A DNA stretch of 64,000 nucleotides from Octopus bimaculoides. Taxonomy: Eukaryota. The notes beneath the pieces were generated by a model that was not told the DNA's origin, ran no database searches, and saw only the letters and a list, made by a program, of their open reading frames with translations. The first letter of the stretch is position 1. Each line of letters opens with the position of its first letter. Location of the stretch: contig NC_068988.1 of the NCBI RefSeq assembly GCF_001194135.2, forward strand, positions 4,743,179 through 4,807,178. Reading direction: 5' to 3'. Below, piece after piece: positions 12,551 to 26,581 of this stretch. Made by a program: the position numbers and the translations under genes.

Positions 12551-14261
12551 CCTCCGAGACTACTAGAAGATGGAGGTGTGCTCAAAATCGAAACCAGGCT
12601 TCAAGACTTAGAAAAGCTACCCAAAGAACCTGGTGATGGTTTTAAACAGATAGAGCGCATGTTGTCCATTGTGATATTTGAACTGAGCCGCAAGAAACAT
12701 GTAGTTTCGCCAATACAACGCTCTCGGTTAGTGCATTTTTATTGACCTCGAAAGGATGGAAGCCGAGGTTGACTTAATCAGGATTATAAATCACAGTGCA
12801 GGACCAGAACAAACACTGAGAACCCTTGTGCTCGACAAGCTAAAGACTTGCCAGTAACCTTCAGCCTACGGGGATCTGTCTTTCTGTGAGTTTATTTATA
12901 TACCAAAGGCAAACCTCTTTGTGTTGTGTGTGTATCTTTATAACATCTAGGAGTATCAAATCTGATGATATACTTGGTTAACCATTGAAAGAGGTTGAGA
13001 TAACATAAACATTTGACATATGCATAAATCCATGAATCAATAACAATATGAAGCGATACACAGAAATAAACTTACCGTCAACCATGTAAAAACAATTTCC
13101 ATGCAGGCATGCAAGAAAAAAATAAAAAGGGTTACCATAAATGCCCTGGCAACTAAGAAGAATATCATTCAGTCTATACAATTAAGTAAAAAATGACAAT
13201 AATATAAAAATGAAAACATTATTGATGATCACTAGCTAATATAGTATTTTTCTACTGCAAAGAATGTTTTGCTAATTATCTGTATAGAACAATATTCCAT
13301 GAAAGTACCAAGAGTAATAAAGCAATGTCTAGAATAGAGAAAAAGTTCTGATTAAGAAAGCTATTGTTTTCTTTAGCCTTATCAATTAAGCATTGCTTTT
13401 ATGACATAGCTCCTATGTGACATGCAATTAAGAAATGATTAATTGTTGTTTGAACACTCTACTATAAATGCTATAGAAAATCGTGCTGCACTCGTCCAAC
13501 AAATACTGAGAACAATATTTTTGTTATATCTTATTTTTATGTATTTGCTAATATAGATCAATGTCTGAGTCGAATTTATTTATATTTCATTTTATATTTT
13601 GATATTTGTGAAGATAATGCATATAAAATGTTATTTCATTTCATTGCACAAATACAATTCACCTATAACATACATTATATTTCAATAATATTAATGAGAC
13701 TTAATTGCATGTGTGTATGAAAGCTTGGTTTATNNNNNNNNNNNNNNNNNNNNNNNNNNNNNNNNNNNNNNNNNNNNNNNNNNNNNNNNNNNNNNNNNNN
13801 NNNNNNNNNNNNNNNNNNNNNNNNNNNNNNNNNNNNNNNNNNNNNNNNNNNNNNNNNNNNNNNNNNNNNNNNNNNNNNNNNNNNNNNNNNNNNNNNNNNN
13901 NNNNNNNNNNNNNNNNNNNNNNNNNNNNNNNNNNNNNNNNNNNNNNNNNNNNNNNNNNNNNNNNNNNNNNNNNNNNNNNNNNNNNNNNNNNNNNNNNNNN
14001 NNNNNNNNNNNNTACTAAAATCAAAAGATTAAGCTCAATATGGAATTTAAGAAATATTTGTAAACAGTCATGGCTCAAAGACTAATATTCTTTACTTACA
14101 TTTGTTTTTTTATTGGTCAGTTATTCAGGAGGAGGAGGAGGCTACACCCATGACGTTATGAGGGTCTCCGAGATCAGACAAAAAATTACTCCACTACACA
14201 AACATTTAGCGTTCATTCTATAGTCCACATAATAACCCTTCTTATAAGAATAATCTGTAAA

Positions 14262-14471
14262 AGGCGGTGAGGTGGCAGAAACGTTAGCACGCCGGGCGAA
14301 ATGCTTAGCGGCGTTTCGTCTGTCTTTACATTCCCAGTTCAAATTCCGCCGTGATCTACTTTGTCTTTCATCCTTTCGGGATCGATAAATTAATTACTAA
14401 TTGAGTACTGGGGTCGATCTAATCGACTGGCCCCTCCCATAAAGATTTCGGGCCTTGTGCCTAGAATAGCA
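14262..14471 (+). mobile_element. SINE family A, full-length, with target-site duplication
   Basis: GGCGGTGAGGTGGCAGAAACGTTAGCAC head and AGTTCAAATTCCGCC B-box-like motif; AAGAATAATCTGTA occurs at both 14246-14259 and 14472-14485. Confidence 0.85.
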
Positions 14472-17400
14472 AAGAATAATCTGTATTTCCCCACAGTATC
14501 AATGCAATCATGTACAGATCTCCTATTTCTCTCTCTAAGACTTTCAATTTAAGGGTGTCATCTCCAAATCTTAACATTGGTCCCGTTATCCAGTAATCCC
14601 AGCAGCGTAATTCCAAATAGGTATGTGTATGTTTATACGCGTGTATATATATATATATACATGGGGGGAGCGACAGAGAGAGTGTTCTGTTCTGTACGCA
14701 CGTATGTATGTCAGTATGATGGAAGTCGACTCACCATTCTTTGTTAATGAGATGAAAAAAAGATAACTTTTCAACCGAGATGAAGATTTGCAGCTTTTAC
14801 CACGACTATTATATGTCTGTGTAAATGTCTGAAGAATCCTATGTATTGATATTACGTACAGATAAATGTTTCCTCCGACTTCAAACATAAAAACAACGCT
14901 TATTACATGAGTAGCATATGTTTCTTCGGTGTGGATAATTTAATTGTAATTGCCTGAAGATCATGTACAGAAGGCAAAACAACACAGCAGAATGTCTTGA
15001 CGTAAACAACACCTTTAGAAAAAAAAAATTATAAGTTGAGGATGGAAAAGAATTCTTAATATGACCGTCCTTGCATCTCATTTCGATGTACGTGTAAGAA
15101 TTATATATAAATATGTGTGTATGCATGTGCGTGTTTGTGTGGGTGAATATATACGTTTATGCTTGCCCATATGAGCTATATCAATAGTTGCTTCCAAGCT
15201 CAAATGATATATTCCAAACAGAACGTGGAAATTAAAATGGAATAAGTAAGATTATTATGCATGATCTTAGATAATAGCCATTATTGGATTGTAAAGATTT
15301 AGTATTTATATTTGCCTCGAAATATTTATTACTGACGCTGCTAGTAGTCTGAATCCTAGAGTGTAAACATCTGTTATGTCTATTGTATTTTGTATCTCAG
15401 ATTAAACATATGTTGCTCATGAGTATAATATATTTTTGAACATTTGCATTAGCCTTTATATAATGTAAAATATGACACCTAGGATAGGAACGCCTGGAGT
15501 AAACTCTCACCATTTTCTTTTGAAGAAGATAATTTATTTGAACATAATGCCATGGAGTTATGTTTGAAATTTATTACACCCTTTCTTTAGTAATAAGACT
15601 ATTACGATACACTTAAAACATCAAAGAACAAAACGAAGCACATTAAGCATTGAGTCTTTGTACAGTTTTAATGATAAAGATTTGTAATCTATTTAATGTG
15701 CTTTTACTTCAAGTTTATTTTAAAACTGCTTCAAATACTCATATATTTAATCCCCAACGCTAACATTGAAATTTGTCATGAACGAGTTCATCAAATAGAG
15801 GCGGGAAATAAATATGTAAACTCATAACGTATTTAACATAAACTATTTTTTGTCCCTTAGAGCTTGCAGAAACACAACCTACATGCATGATTTGTCTTGC
15901 ACGATTTTGAAATCGTAATTCCTCGTCAATACCAGCATAATAGATACTACTTTATTGCAGCAGATTTCTATTTAGATATTCGCAAGTTCTCCATAGTATC
16001 TCATTACTTATTTCATTCATAGAAATAGATTTTAGGAAGGTTTCTGTTGAGATTGTTAATAACAATCGGAATATTTAGCTCCATCGATTCAAATTTTAGT
16101 TGTCAACTAAAATAGATTTTGGCTAATTTTAAAATATGAAGGAATGACTTTAATATATATTTGTTATTAAATATTCAAACGATTACCATTATTTTATGGG
16201 ATTACGTTTTTGAAAGTAATACTTTAGAAGCAACTACTATTTCTTGTTATTTCATTTTCCATTTATTTCTATTTAATATACGCAGACTTGAATTGTTTCT
16301 TAAGCAATGTGCATTACCTTGTCAAATTTAGCAGAATATTCTTTATGCAATCTTTGTAAAACCATTAAATTCGTATCTTGACATTTTGCAGAATAATATA
16401 AGAAAAAGAATGGAAAAGTCGAAATGGGAATCATTTTTTCAATAAGTTGTTTACTTCTGTGTTTAAAATACACTGCAATGCATAATATTGTTGTGATGTA
16501 TGAAGGATTGAGATCGGAATTTGTTTTGTTTTTTTTTGTTTTTGTTTTTTGTACTTTCATAAATTGTGACACTCGTAATCATTGTTTTGTCTAAAACTAT
16601 TCCAAGGAATCTAATATATTTAAGCTTTTCTAAAGAATTGCTATTTTGTTTTATCGTGTCAATATGTCAGTTTTATTAAAAAGACGTTCATGGATAATCA
16701 CGATTAAAGCTAAATGTTGCCAATGCATTCCCTTTACGGATCAATAATTTAATGTAAATCAGATTAGATTCAATACACATTTTACCAAACTACATTCTTG
16801 AGCATAATATAACTGTTTATTCTATATATTGATAGTGATTCTTAAAACTTATCAGATTGAAGTTTGAAAAATCAGATTATTCTACGACATTCACAGGCAG
16901 ATATATTCCATGCATATAACTTTACTCAAGTACACGTCAATTGTAGGTCAATGTATAATTAAATAATTTAATTCGACTTTTAATTTGGAAGGTTAGAATT
17001 TCTATTGAGCTATACCTTTATAGAGATAAAACATTTAAATAGATTCAAGAACTTTGATCACATTAAATAAACTAAAAGGCACCTGACAATTATGAACATT
17101 ATATATACCTCCCATTAGGATGAAATTTCCGAATAGATTTAAAAATCGAGAGTGAAATACTTTGTATTAGGTTATATGCTGTCTTTAGCACAGAATTATC
17201 AGAGAATACAGCAAACTACAATAAACTATGGCATATTATTTGTTTGTGACACACCTTCTAAGATGTAAAAGATGACTTTTTGCAGACCTCGTAATCTATA
17301 AATACATTCCTACAATTGTCAGTTTCTTGAAGGTGTTGTCGATTTAGTTACACGAAATAACATGGTTACGTGAGGCAAAAAGATCACAGAGAAACAGATA

Positions 17401-17616
17401 TTTCCTGTTAATGAGTAATTAAATATCCATGAAAATAGGGGGCAAATATGAGTTAGAAGATGAACAATAGTAACTTGTGAGGGTGAGACAGAGAATTACT
17501 CTATGAAGCAGAATGTGAACACTAAATACTTAATGCATTGTCATCTCACTCCCGCTTATACGTTTGTTATCAATAAATCTTTTACATTTAGTTACCTGCC
17601 AAACAACCTACATCTC

Positions 17617-17947
17617 TATCATCATCATCATCATCATCATCGTTTAACGTCCGCTTTCCATGCTAGCATGGGTTGGACGATTTGACTGAGGACTGGTGCA
17701 ACCGGATGGCTACACCAGGCTCCAATCTAATTTGGCAGAGTTTCTACAGCTGGATGCCCTTCCTAACGCCAACCACTCAGAGAGTGTAGTGGGTGCTTTT
17801 ACGTGTCACCCGCACGAAAACGGCCACGCTCGAAATGGTGTCTTTTATGTGCCACCCGCACAAGAGCCAGTCCAGGGGCACTGGCAACGATCTCACTTGG
17901 CTTGCCGGGTCTTCTCACGCACAGCACATTTCCAAAGGTCTCGGTCA
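17617..17947 (-). mobile_element. 3' end of a retroposon (SINE or LINE tail) ending in (GAT)n
   Basis: GC-rich block starting on plus with (CAT)8 CGTTTAACGTCCGCTTTCCATGC and containing GGATGCCCTTCCTAACGCCAACC; sharp composition boundaries. Family assignment is from recall of a common cephalopod repeat. Confidence 0.55.
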
Positions 17948-18983
17948 ATATAATTTCATAAACTGAAGGAAATGGCCAGCTTTCAATGTTAATTTGACAT
18001 TGATTTGCAGGTATCGTTCTTCAGTCCACGGGATTTAGTGCTTATCTTCAATATATCCATTCTTTCTTCCAAACAGTCCCAGCTATTCACAATAACTTAT
18101 TTTCATTTTCCCTTTTTAATCACATACTCTTCCTTAAATGTTTTCCATAACTTATTTTAACCATAATTTTCTCCTGTAACTTTAAATATTACATTTCCTC
18201 ACATTAGGTTATCTTTATCTTCTCTTTTTAGTTTCCCACTTTTTCTCAGCCTTCTTTTCTCACCTTTTCCTTTATTTTCTCTCCTCTTTCCACCTACCCC
18301 CTCCTTTTTCCTTTGTTTCTTCTGGTTTCGTCTTCCTTTCCTTTTTCTTTTCACTTAACTCTCACCTATATACATCACCTCTACCTTTACAGATCCCATG
18401 TAAATAATATGCAATTTATAAATTGTACCACACCTGTACCCAGCAGTTAATTCTATGAACAATTTTAAGCTTTCTTCAAACATTTTCATTTCTTAATCTT
18501 TTATCTCTTTTACAATTCACTTTCAGCAATCTCTCCATCGCACTTTTTCGTATTGCTCATTCACTTTCAAATAAATCTTATATCCTCTTGCATGCTATTT
18601 TACACATTTTTTTTTATTGTTAACTTCTATATTTATTTCCTAGTTTTCAGTACTAACACTTCTATCAATAGTTTCCCCTTCAAGCATCATAGTTGTTGTC
18701 AGATGTATAACCACAACAACAAACTTGAATTTATTTCAAACTCTATCTCACTAATGCATTTATTTCCCAAATTATTATTATTATAACTGTTACTATTATT
18801 GATGATGATGATGATGATGATGATGATGTAGCAGCAGCGATATTACCATCCGCGTTTTTCCATTATACCTTCTTCAAGTATTATTTTCATTTTAAATTTT
18901 ACTAGCATAATAGTCAATATTATCGCTATCATTATTATAAACGTTCACATTGAACTAATCCTTTACACCACTTCCGCTTCTAT

Positions 18984-19031
<48 letters not shown>

Positions 19032-19993
19032 NNNNNNNNNNNNNNNNNNNNNNNNNNNNNNNNNNNNNNNNNNNNNNNNNNNNNNNNNNNNNNNNNNNNN
19101 NNNNNNNNNNNNNNNNNNNNNNNNNNNNNNNNNNNNNNNNNNNNNNNNNNNNNNNNNNNNNNNNNNNNNNNNNNNNNNNNNNNNNNNNNNNNNNNNNNNN
19201 NNNNNNNNNNNNNNNNNNNNNNNNNNNNNNNNNNNNNNNNNNNNNNNNNNNNNNNNNNNNNNNNNNNNNNNNNNNNNNNNNNNNNNNNNNNNNNNNNNNN
19301 NNNNNNNNNNNNNNNNNNNNNNNNNNNNNNNNNNNNNNNNNNNNNNNNNNNNNNNNNNNNNNNNNNNNNNNNNNNNNNNNNNNNNNNNNNNNNNNNNNNN
19401 NNNNNNNNNNNNNNNNNNNNNNNNNNNNNNNNNNNNNNNNNNNNNNNNNNNNNNNNNNNNNNNNNNNNNNNNNNNNNNNNNNNNNNNNNNNNNNNNNNNN
19501 NNNNNNNNNNNNNNNNNNNNNNNNNNNNNNNNNNNNNNNNNNNNNNNNNNNNNNNNNNNNNNNNNNNNNNNNNNNNNNNNNNNNNNNNNNNNNNNNNNNN
19601 NNNNNNNNNNNNNNNNNNNNNNNNNNNNNNNNNNNNNNNNNNNNNNNNNNNNNNNNNNNNNNNNNNNNNNNNNNNNNNNNNNNNNNNNNNNNNNNNNNNN
19701 NNNNNNNNNNNNNNNNNNNNNNNNNNNNNNNNNNNNNNNNNNNNNNNNNNNNNNNNNNNNNNNNNNNNNNNNNNNNNNNNNNNNNNNNNNNNNNNNNNNN
19801 NNNNNNNNNNNNNNNNNNNNNNNNNNNNNNNNNNNNNNNNNNNNNNNNNNNNNNNNNNNNNNNNNNNNNNNNNNNNNNNNNNNNNNNNNNNNNNNNNNNN
19901 NNNNNNNNNNNNNNNNNNNNNNNNNNNNNNNNNNNNNNNNNNNNNNNNNNNNNNNNNNNNNNNNNNNNNNNNNNNNNNNNNNNNNNNNNNNNN
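19032..19993. other. Largest of 13 assembly gaps (N-runs)
   Basis: Others near 2681, 5327, 13734, 27994, 30084, 31178, 32943, 33648, 43704, 48653, 50187 and 54208; most abut (TA)n or other simple repeats. Confidence 0.99.
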
Positions 19994-20003
19994 TATATAT
20001 TTG

Positions 20004-20044
<41 letters not shown>

Positions 20045-20299
20045 TTACGCACGCCCATATATAACATTTTGTACATCGATAACAGGTGTATTATCAGTAT
20101 TTCCCATCTAACGATTACCAAAACTGCAACTATTAACCTACATTACGAATAGACATCTATAAATACGTTTGCATACATACATATACATAAATGTGTGCGT
20201 GTGTATGTGCATGCGCGTGTGTGTGTGTGTGTGTGCAGAGACATTCGTATTTACAAACGGGCGAGAAAGTGTTTCTCAGAATCTTGTGTAATATACTTT

Positions 20300-20800
20300 A
20301 TACGGAAGACAACCCTTCCCACTCCTTCATTCAATTTACATCAGGTTTCCCCGATATGCATGTGAAATTTTTCCATCGACCTTACTAAACTCTCCGTCTT
20401 CACTGTCATTTTGCTATTTCTACCTGAACTTCATCTACTACGCGCACCAAACACGATATTCCAACTGCTAATTAATTATTTTGCTGCGACCATGATATCG
20501 AAATTGACACAACATATGCTCCAACATTTACTTGGTGTGGCATCTGTTAATCCGGTCCAAGGTGCATTCACACACAATAGTGAAAGTGATGACAGAAAAT
20601 GGTCTCAAACCCATCTAATGTCCCAGAACTACCCGACTTCCCTTGTACCTCACCCATCTTTTGTTGCACCTCTCTTGCGAACCATTCCGCGAAACGTTCT
20701 ACTTCTCCAATTATTTCCGCTAATCTCTGCCTCTTCACACTCTCTTCTACGAAGGTCATTCGCAATCACAGTAACCTAATGAGTCCAAAATATTAGGTTC
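20300..20800 (-). mobile_element. Decayed RTE-like reverse transcriptase fragment
   Basis: Minus frames give ...EVQQKMGEVQGKS, SRVVLGH*MGLRPFSVITFTIVCECTLDRINR and VNFDIMVAAK*LISSW. Their order resembles RT motifs (F.V.VG.hQG.aLSP.LF.IV; YADD; L..W). Many stops and shifts. Confidence 0.4.
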
Positions 20801-21514
20801 GTCGATGGCAAGAGCAAGACTCGATAACGAAACTTACGGTAACCGTAACCGATCAAACTGTAATGTCCGCTGTAAATAGAGATGCTACACTGTCAGCCAT
20901 AGAGAAGAACATTTTTCCGAGTTAATATATAGACGGACACAAACTTGGCCTATATAATATTTCAGCAATTTAGCAGTGTAGCAATACAAGTGAACAACGA
21001 ATAAAAAACGTAATTAATGAAGAAATATAGGCCTTCATTGATACAGTGTAACCGCCATCGACGACAAAGTGAATTATATGCTAAGTGCATTTATTACGTT
21101 TCTTATTCCGAACGTGTTTACATTTTCAATTTTCAATAATGACAAGATTACCATTATGGAAACGATCTTTAACAATTGCAGAATTGTTTCTGAAATTAAG
21201 TGAAAGCACTTAATGACATTTTAAGTTTACAAGTAGCTAAAATATTTAGTTAACCCCAGGGTGCTAAATTTGAGTTGGGACCGGTGGGAAAAGATGTATG
21301 ATTATTTCTATTATACAATGTACTTTGAACTTGTTATTTCTCATAGATGTTGCTTTTTGTAGATTTTTAAGCTTTTTAACTAAGTGTGTAAGTGCATGCA
21401 TGTGTGCATGACCTGTGCTTTGTTTATCTGTCTGACAGATTGTCACTCTTGCGTTCTATGCACACACACACAAGCAGAAAGATATTGGAAGATCAGATTA
21501 TTACACAGAAGGCT

Positions 21515-21740
21515 TCAAGAATGGTATGTCCGGACAACGTATACATAGGAATAAATTCAAATATGAAATAGAGGCAGCATTAGTGTAATGCACGTTATCA
21601 ACCCAAGGCACAAGACTCCGTATTTGCCGGTAGGCTGCGCGAAGGTGTGGTGGAAATAACTCTCTCAAGCAACCGAGTGTTAAAACAACTGTCAAGGACA
21701 GGCAACTCAGCCCCAGATCCCGGCACTTTGAGAAAGTAAT
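21515..21740 (+). mobile_element. Possible Penelope-like GIY-YIG endonuclease remnant
   Basis: Plus frame VCPDNVYIGINSNMK*RQH*...SVFAG resembles C..C...YIG.T.....R..eH...S..A.H. The upstream GIY half is not recognisable. Confidence 0.3.
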
Positions 21741-24700
21741 TTCCACTACGCCAAATCACAATGTACACATTCTATTATTGATATCTTTGAGTGTGATGTG
21801 CTTCGGAACCCAATTTTCTAAAAAGGAAAAAAAACAACATACTTCTAGTTCCCTCGAAAATTATGATGTCAACTATATATACGGAAAGAAAATAACTATA
21901 TTCTAAAAATGAGGAAAGTAACAGAAATACCAAACCTATTAACCCATTATGAAAATATGCCTATTAACATAATAGTTATTATGTGAATATACACATAGCC
22001 AAAACTGAAGAGATAGTGCAGCTGAAAGCCGAAAGGATGATATAGATAGAATGAGTATATATAAATTTATTTTTAAAGGTGTATTTAAATGAAAAATTCT
22101 AAGTAAATTCACATTTTTAATTAATTCATTTATTAACTACATCGCCGTGCCGGCGAGAATAACATACATCATTAACGCATGGATTCTGCTAACTTCAATA
22201 AAGCGCTTGTATAAACGTGCTTGATATATATATAAAGTGTGTGTGTGGGTGGGGGTGGGTTCGTGTGTTGTGTGTATGGGCGTAAAATATATATCATATG
22301 CACATATATATGTCTTTATAATCATATTTGATGATACTGCACGTGTACAGTAATTTGTGTTCATGCATTTACGCGTAAATATCTATGAGAATTCACACTA
22401 ATATATACAACTACAGGCGGCAGATGGTACGTTACGTATTAAAGTATATTCTAAAGTGCCTATATAATCATGAATTTGGCCATGCCTCGTGTTTTTCTTT
22501 AATAAATGGCATGTATTCACGGAAGTGAAGTGTGTAGAACTTGCAACCATTAATTCACACAAAATACAGTCATGTTCATATAATTGGTCTCAATTTGCAT
22601 TTTACGAAAAATTTTGTTTTTAGTATTTCTCTCTTTAATTTTCTATTAGAGGAATCTTAAAATGGCAACGCATCTGATTGAACATGTATGTACAGATGTA
22701 CTTATATTTGTACACATCATTTCATATACGCATTAAGTACCACAGAGAAACAGGTGAGAATTCGTCCTATTTTTCAGTCAATACTTCACATTGCATTACG
22801 CTGAATTGATATACTTAAATCTGATGAGACTACAGCTTCATAGCTAATAGGAAATTTTAGCCAATATTTTTCACACTTTCTTGTTCAGAGTGAAAATGTT
22901 TCAATTATATTAAATATTCTCTATTCGTTTCATTTAGTACATACTTGTAGAAGAGGAAAATACCTGTTTGTGTGCATGAGCATGTGCGTTCCCAGTGTAC
23001 AATACACACGCATACACACACACACATAGATATATTTCCATATATGTGTATGTGTGTAAATGTATATATCACAGGTATGGTTGTGCATTTAACACGTTCG
23101 ATTTACAACAACGCGATTGCTGGTTCATCTGCACAACGTGGTTCTTTGGGTGAATTTTTTCTATTGTCACTGATTGATATATATCTTGTAAACAAATTCT
23201 TTTAGATCGAAGCTGTAAGGAAGCCCTTTTTGTATATGTAGGCGGGTACGTTTAAAGGTTTATTTAACTAGTTGAATAAGTCGTTAAGACCAAATCAGTA
23301 TACATACATGCACATCTCCGAAACACGGGAGCAGTGTGTGAGATTCATTGCATGGATTATAACACACGGGTTCTTTTCCAAAAAAATGTTGGTGAGTTAA
23401 GGATTAACTTCGTCTCAGCGATTACTATAACGATATAGGAAATTGAGTTGCTGATACTATAGGCAGGCTTGGTGGGTGTATATAAGATAGTTTCAATGCA
23501 TAGGTATTAAATGTTCATCAACTGACCTTAGATTGCTAATGCGTGCTGGTGAGACGTGAAGTGTTCTTATAGATTTAGCCCCAAAACTTGCGAGTGGATA
23601 TGGAGGTGAAATGGATTGATATATTTAGAAGAGAATACTGCAAAATAATTGACAATAACTGTTGGGTTTCGATTTATTTGATTTACTTCTACATTAGTGG
23701 ATATGGAAACGCATTTCGTTATTAGAAGGTGGATGCCCAGATGGGTTACTGTACGAACGAGATCTTGAAACAATCAATATCTGCTAAGTGAATGATTGTG
23801 GGGACGGTTGGATGAAATATTCGAGTTATATCCACAAACATGTTTGTGGGTGTATGTACATTATACGTATATGTATGAGCGTGTGAATACATGTGTGTGT
23901 GTGTATGTCCGTGCGAGCATACAGATTAGCTATTTGAAACACATACTTGCATACATTTATATATGTATGCACATAAATATATCTATAGAGTTCGGGTAAA
24001 ATAGCATCGAATGGCAGCGTAATGGGCATATATAAATACAAATGCATGTATACTTTCACACACATATATACACATGAGATGATTGCTCATTTGTTCGCTG
24101 AACAAATGCTTACTGAATTAGCGTGTTAGTGGTTGAGTACACTTCAGTAATGTGCATCTTTCACACAATCTCCAGACAAGCTGAGAGGGACACATGTAAC
24201 AAGGCCGGTGTATTTACTCACATTTCCTGTCCATATATTTTTACTCAGAGGACAGCGGTCGATTCAAAGGTTACCGAAAAAAATTATCCTGTGCAAAGGG
24301 GCTACAAACTACGATCTAACGATTTTTATTTTCAGGATGATTCAGCTATGCTGCATTCACTCATGTATTCTTCAAAGATCTGTACACATATGGACGTTCA
24401 TGAATACATGAACGTATATATATTCATTCAGGTGTGTAAGTGATATACATTATCATCCTGTTTTACTTGGAGGTGGTTATATACACACTAAGAAATATAT
24501 ATGTAGACATGTACATGATGCATATATATACACCTCGATATATGTGTGCATGTAGCCATTTTGATACTTTGGAATCCGCAGTTTTCATTGTTTTGGTTGT
24601 CTTATACCACAAGGTGTTCCATAGCATTCAGTGAACTCTACATGTTCGCTACTTTTGACTGTCATAACATTAACGAAATGATTTATTATTTTGTGCTTAT

Positions 24701-25248
24701 AACGAGAGCATTTTCACTCGCAGATTGTGATAGGAAAGAACATACACATGCATATGCATATCGTAAAATATATTTGCCAACTAAATGTTGCGGTAACAGA
24801 GGGCGATTTTACTGTTGCTTTTAGCCTCAGGAAGACATCTCCTTCTGCTGGCTAACGGCACACTGTCTGTGTCCGATTAGTATTTGCGAGGGGAGGTCAT
24901 CGCTCCCATCTCCAGCCTTACGTGATACACACAAACCCGGGTTTCTAGGTAGTTACCCGTCTTCAGTGTGTGGTAATCACCAGCTAGTGATGAAAATTCA
25001 TTCCACTCACAAAATCTATATGCTTTTTCCAGCGAGAAACTATCGCTGATCTCGAAAAAGAAGAAATAAGCAATATTAAATCTCTGAGCGAGAGGTAAAC
25101 AGTAACAGTACAGAATGGATCGTATAATATATTTGCCAACTAAATGTGGCGGTCCCATTGAGGGCGATCTTACTCTTGTTTATAAGTTATTTCTCCTCTT
25201 TCGAAATCAGCATATATATATATATATATGCACACATAAATACAATTA

Positions 25249-25475
25249 GGGCGGTGAGATGGCAGAATTGTTAGCATACCGGGCGAAATGCTTCGTGGTA
25301 TTTCGTCTGCCGTTACGTTCTGAGTTCAAATCTCGCCGAGGTCGTCTTCGCCTTTCATCCTTTTGGGGTCGATTAAATAAATACCAGTTACCACCTGTGG
25401 TCGATGTAATCGACTTTGTCCCTTTGTCTGTCCTTGTTTGTTCCCTCTATGTTTAGCCCCCTGTGGGCAATAAAT
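25249..25475 (+). mobile_element. SINE family A variant with a different 3' tail
   Basis: 5' ~150 bp collinear with the 14262 copy; the tail is tgtccttgtttgttccctctatgtttagccccctgtgggcaataaa instead of gccttgtgcctag. Confidence 0.8.
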
Positions 25476-25919
25476 GATTAAACATGTTATGTCGATGTAA
25501 CTCCTAATGCATATATTTGATATAGTGTAGTGTTTCGTATATTAAATTCTAAATTATATGTAGACCTCCGACATTTAATTAAATTCTCATAATTTTTTTA
25601 CACCACTAAACAATTCAAAATGGGCAATATTTCACTCATCCTTCATTAAATAAAATAAATTCAGAATCATCTAATGCTGTAATTATAATATAAAATCATG
25701 AAGATCTCCGTATATTTATTATTTCTTGATTTTTTTTCCAGGAATCAATTTCTCACGCAATGTAGGATGGGGAATGAAATATTGGGTAGAGACACAAGGT
25801 AGAACCTACACATTTTATTAGGAGACACATATGTAAATAGTCGAAGACTAAATGCCGTGTATCTTGTCCCAGAAATTATATGGAACAAATATCTTTAATG
25901 TAATTTACACGGTTTACTA

Positions 25920-26460
25920 AATAAAATCTTGCTTGCCATAAATCTGTAAGTCTCTAAGGAGGAAATAGAACGCAAGAATATATTGCATGATGAGAAGGAA
26001 AATTCAATTAAATTACCAAATTTGTATGTTTGAGTTAGTGTGTGCGTATAGTAATTTCTAAGTGCACAGTTAGATGTAAGACTGCTGCTAGTGAATTTAG
26101 TGCTCATGTTGACTATCACCACACCGTCTATTTCCAGAAAAGTGCTAGGGTTACTAGAGAACTCAGTAATATTATTTACTGGTTCCGATATACAGAGCAA
26201 ATATAAGAAAATGTATGAAGATATATGAAGTTTATATCAGTTTTCCCTACGCACGTTTCGCCATTGTGGCCAATTGCATCTTCAGCAATGGGCGTTTATA
26301 GCGTATTTGGTCTTCAGCATGTGTTTTGCTTTGACATAATGCAATAAGGTGTTCCCCTCAGAACGTGTTATGGATCTGCATCTAAATGCACAAGGAACAC
26401 TCACTGCAGGACATGCAAATGCGATAATATGCATGCTGTCTTGATGATATATTACAGACA
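25920..26460 (+). mobile_element. Possible decayed RTE-like LINE fragment
   Basis: Plus frames contain RKVLGL (cf. RKILGI) and later PQNVLW; heavily interrupted. Confidence 0.3.
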
Positions 26461-26502
26461 CACGCGTACGTACCCATATATATGTATACATATACATGTA
26501 TA

Positions 26503-26581
<79 letters not shown>

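Noticed and set aside
18955-20152. Longest supplied ORFs (388-389 aa) and similar X-rich ORFs at 5241, 13701, 33522, 43535, 48581 and 50107
   Set aside because: They are open only because they run through N-gaps and (TA)n tracts.
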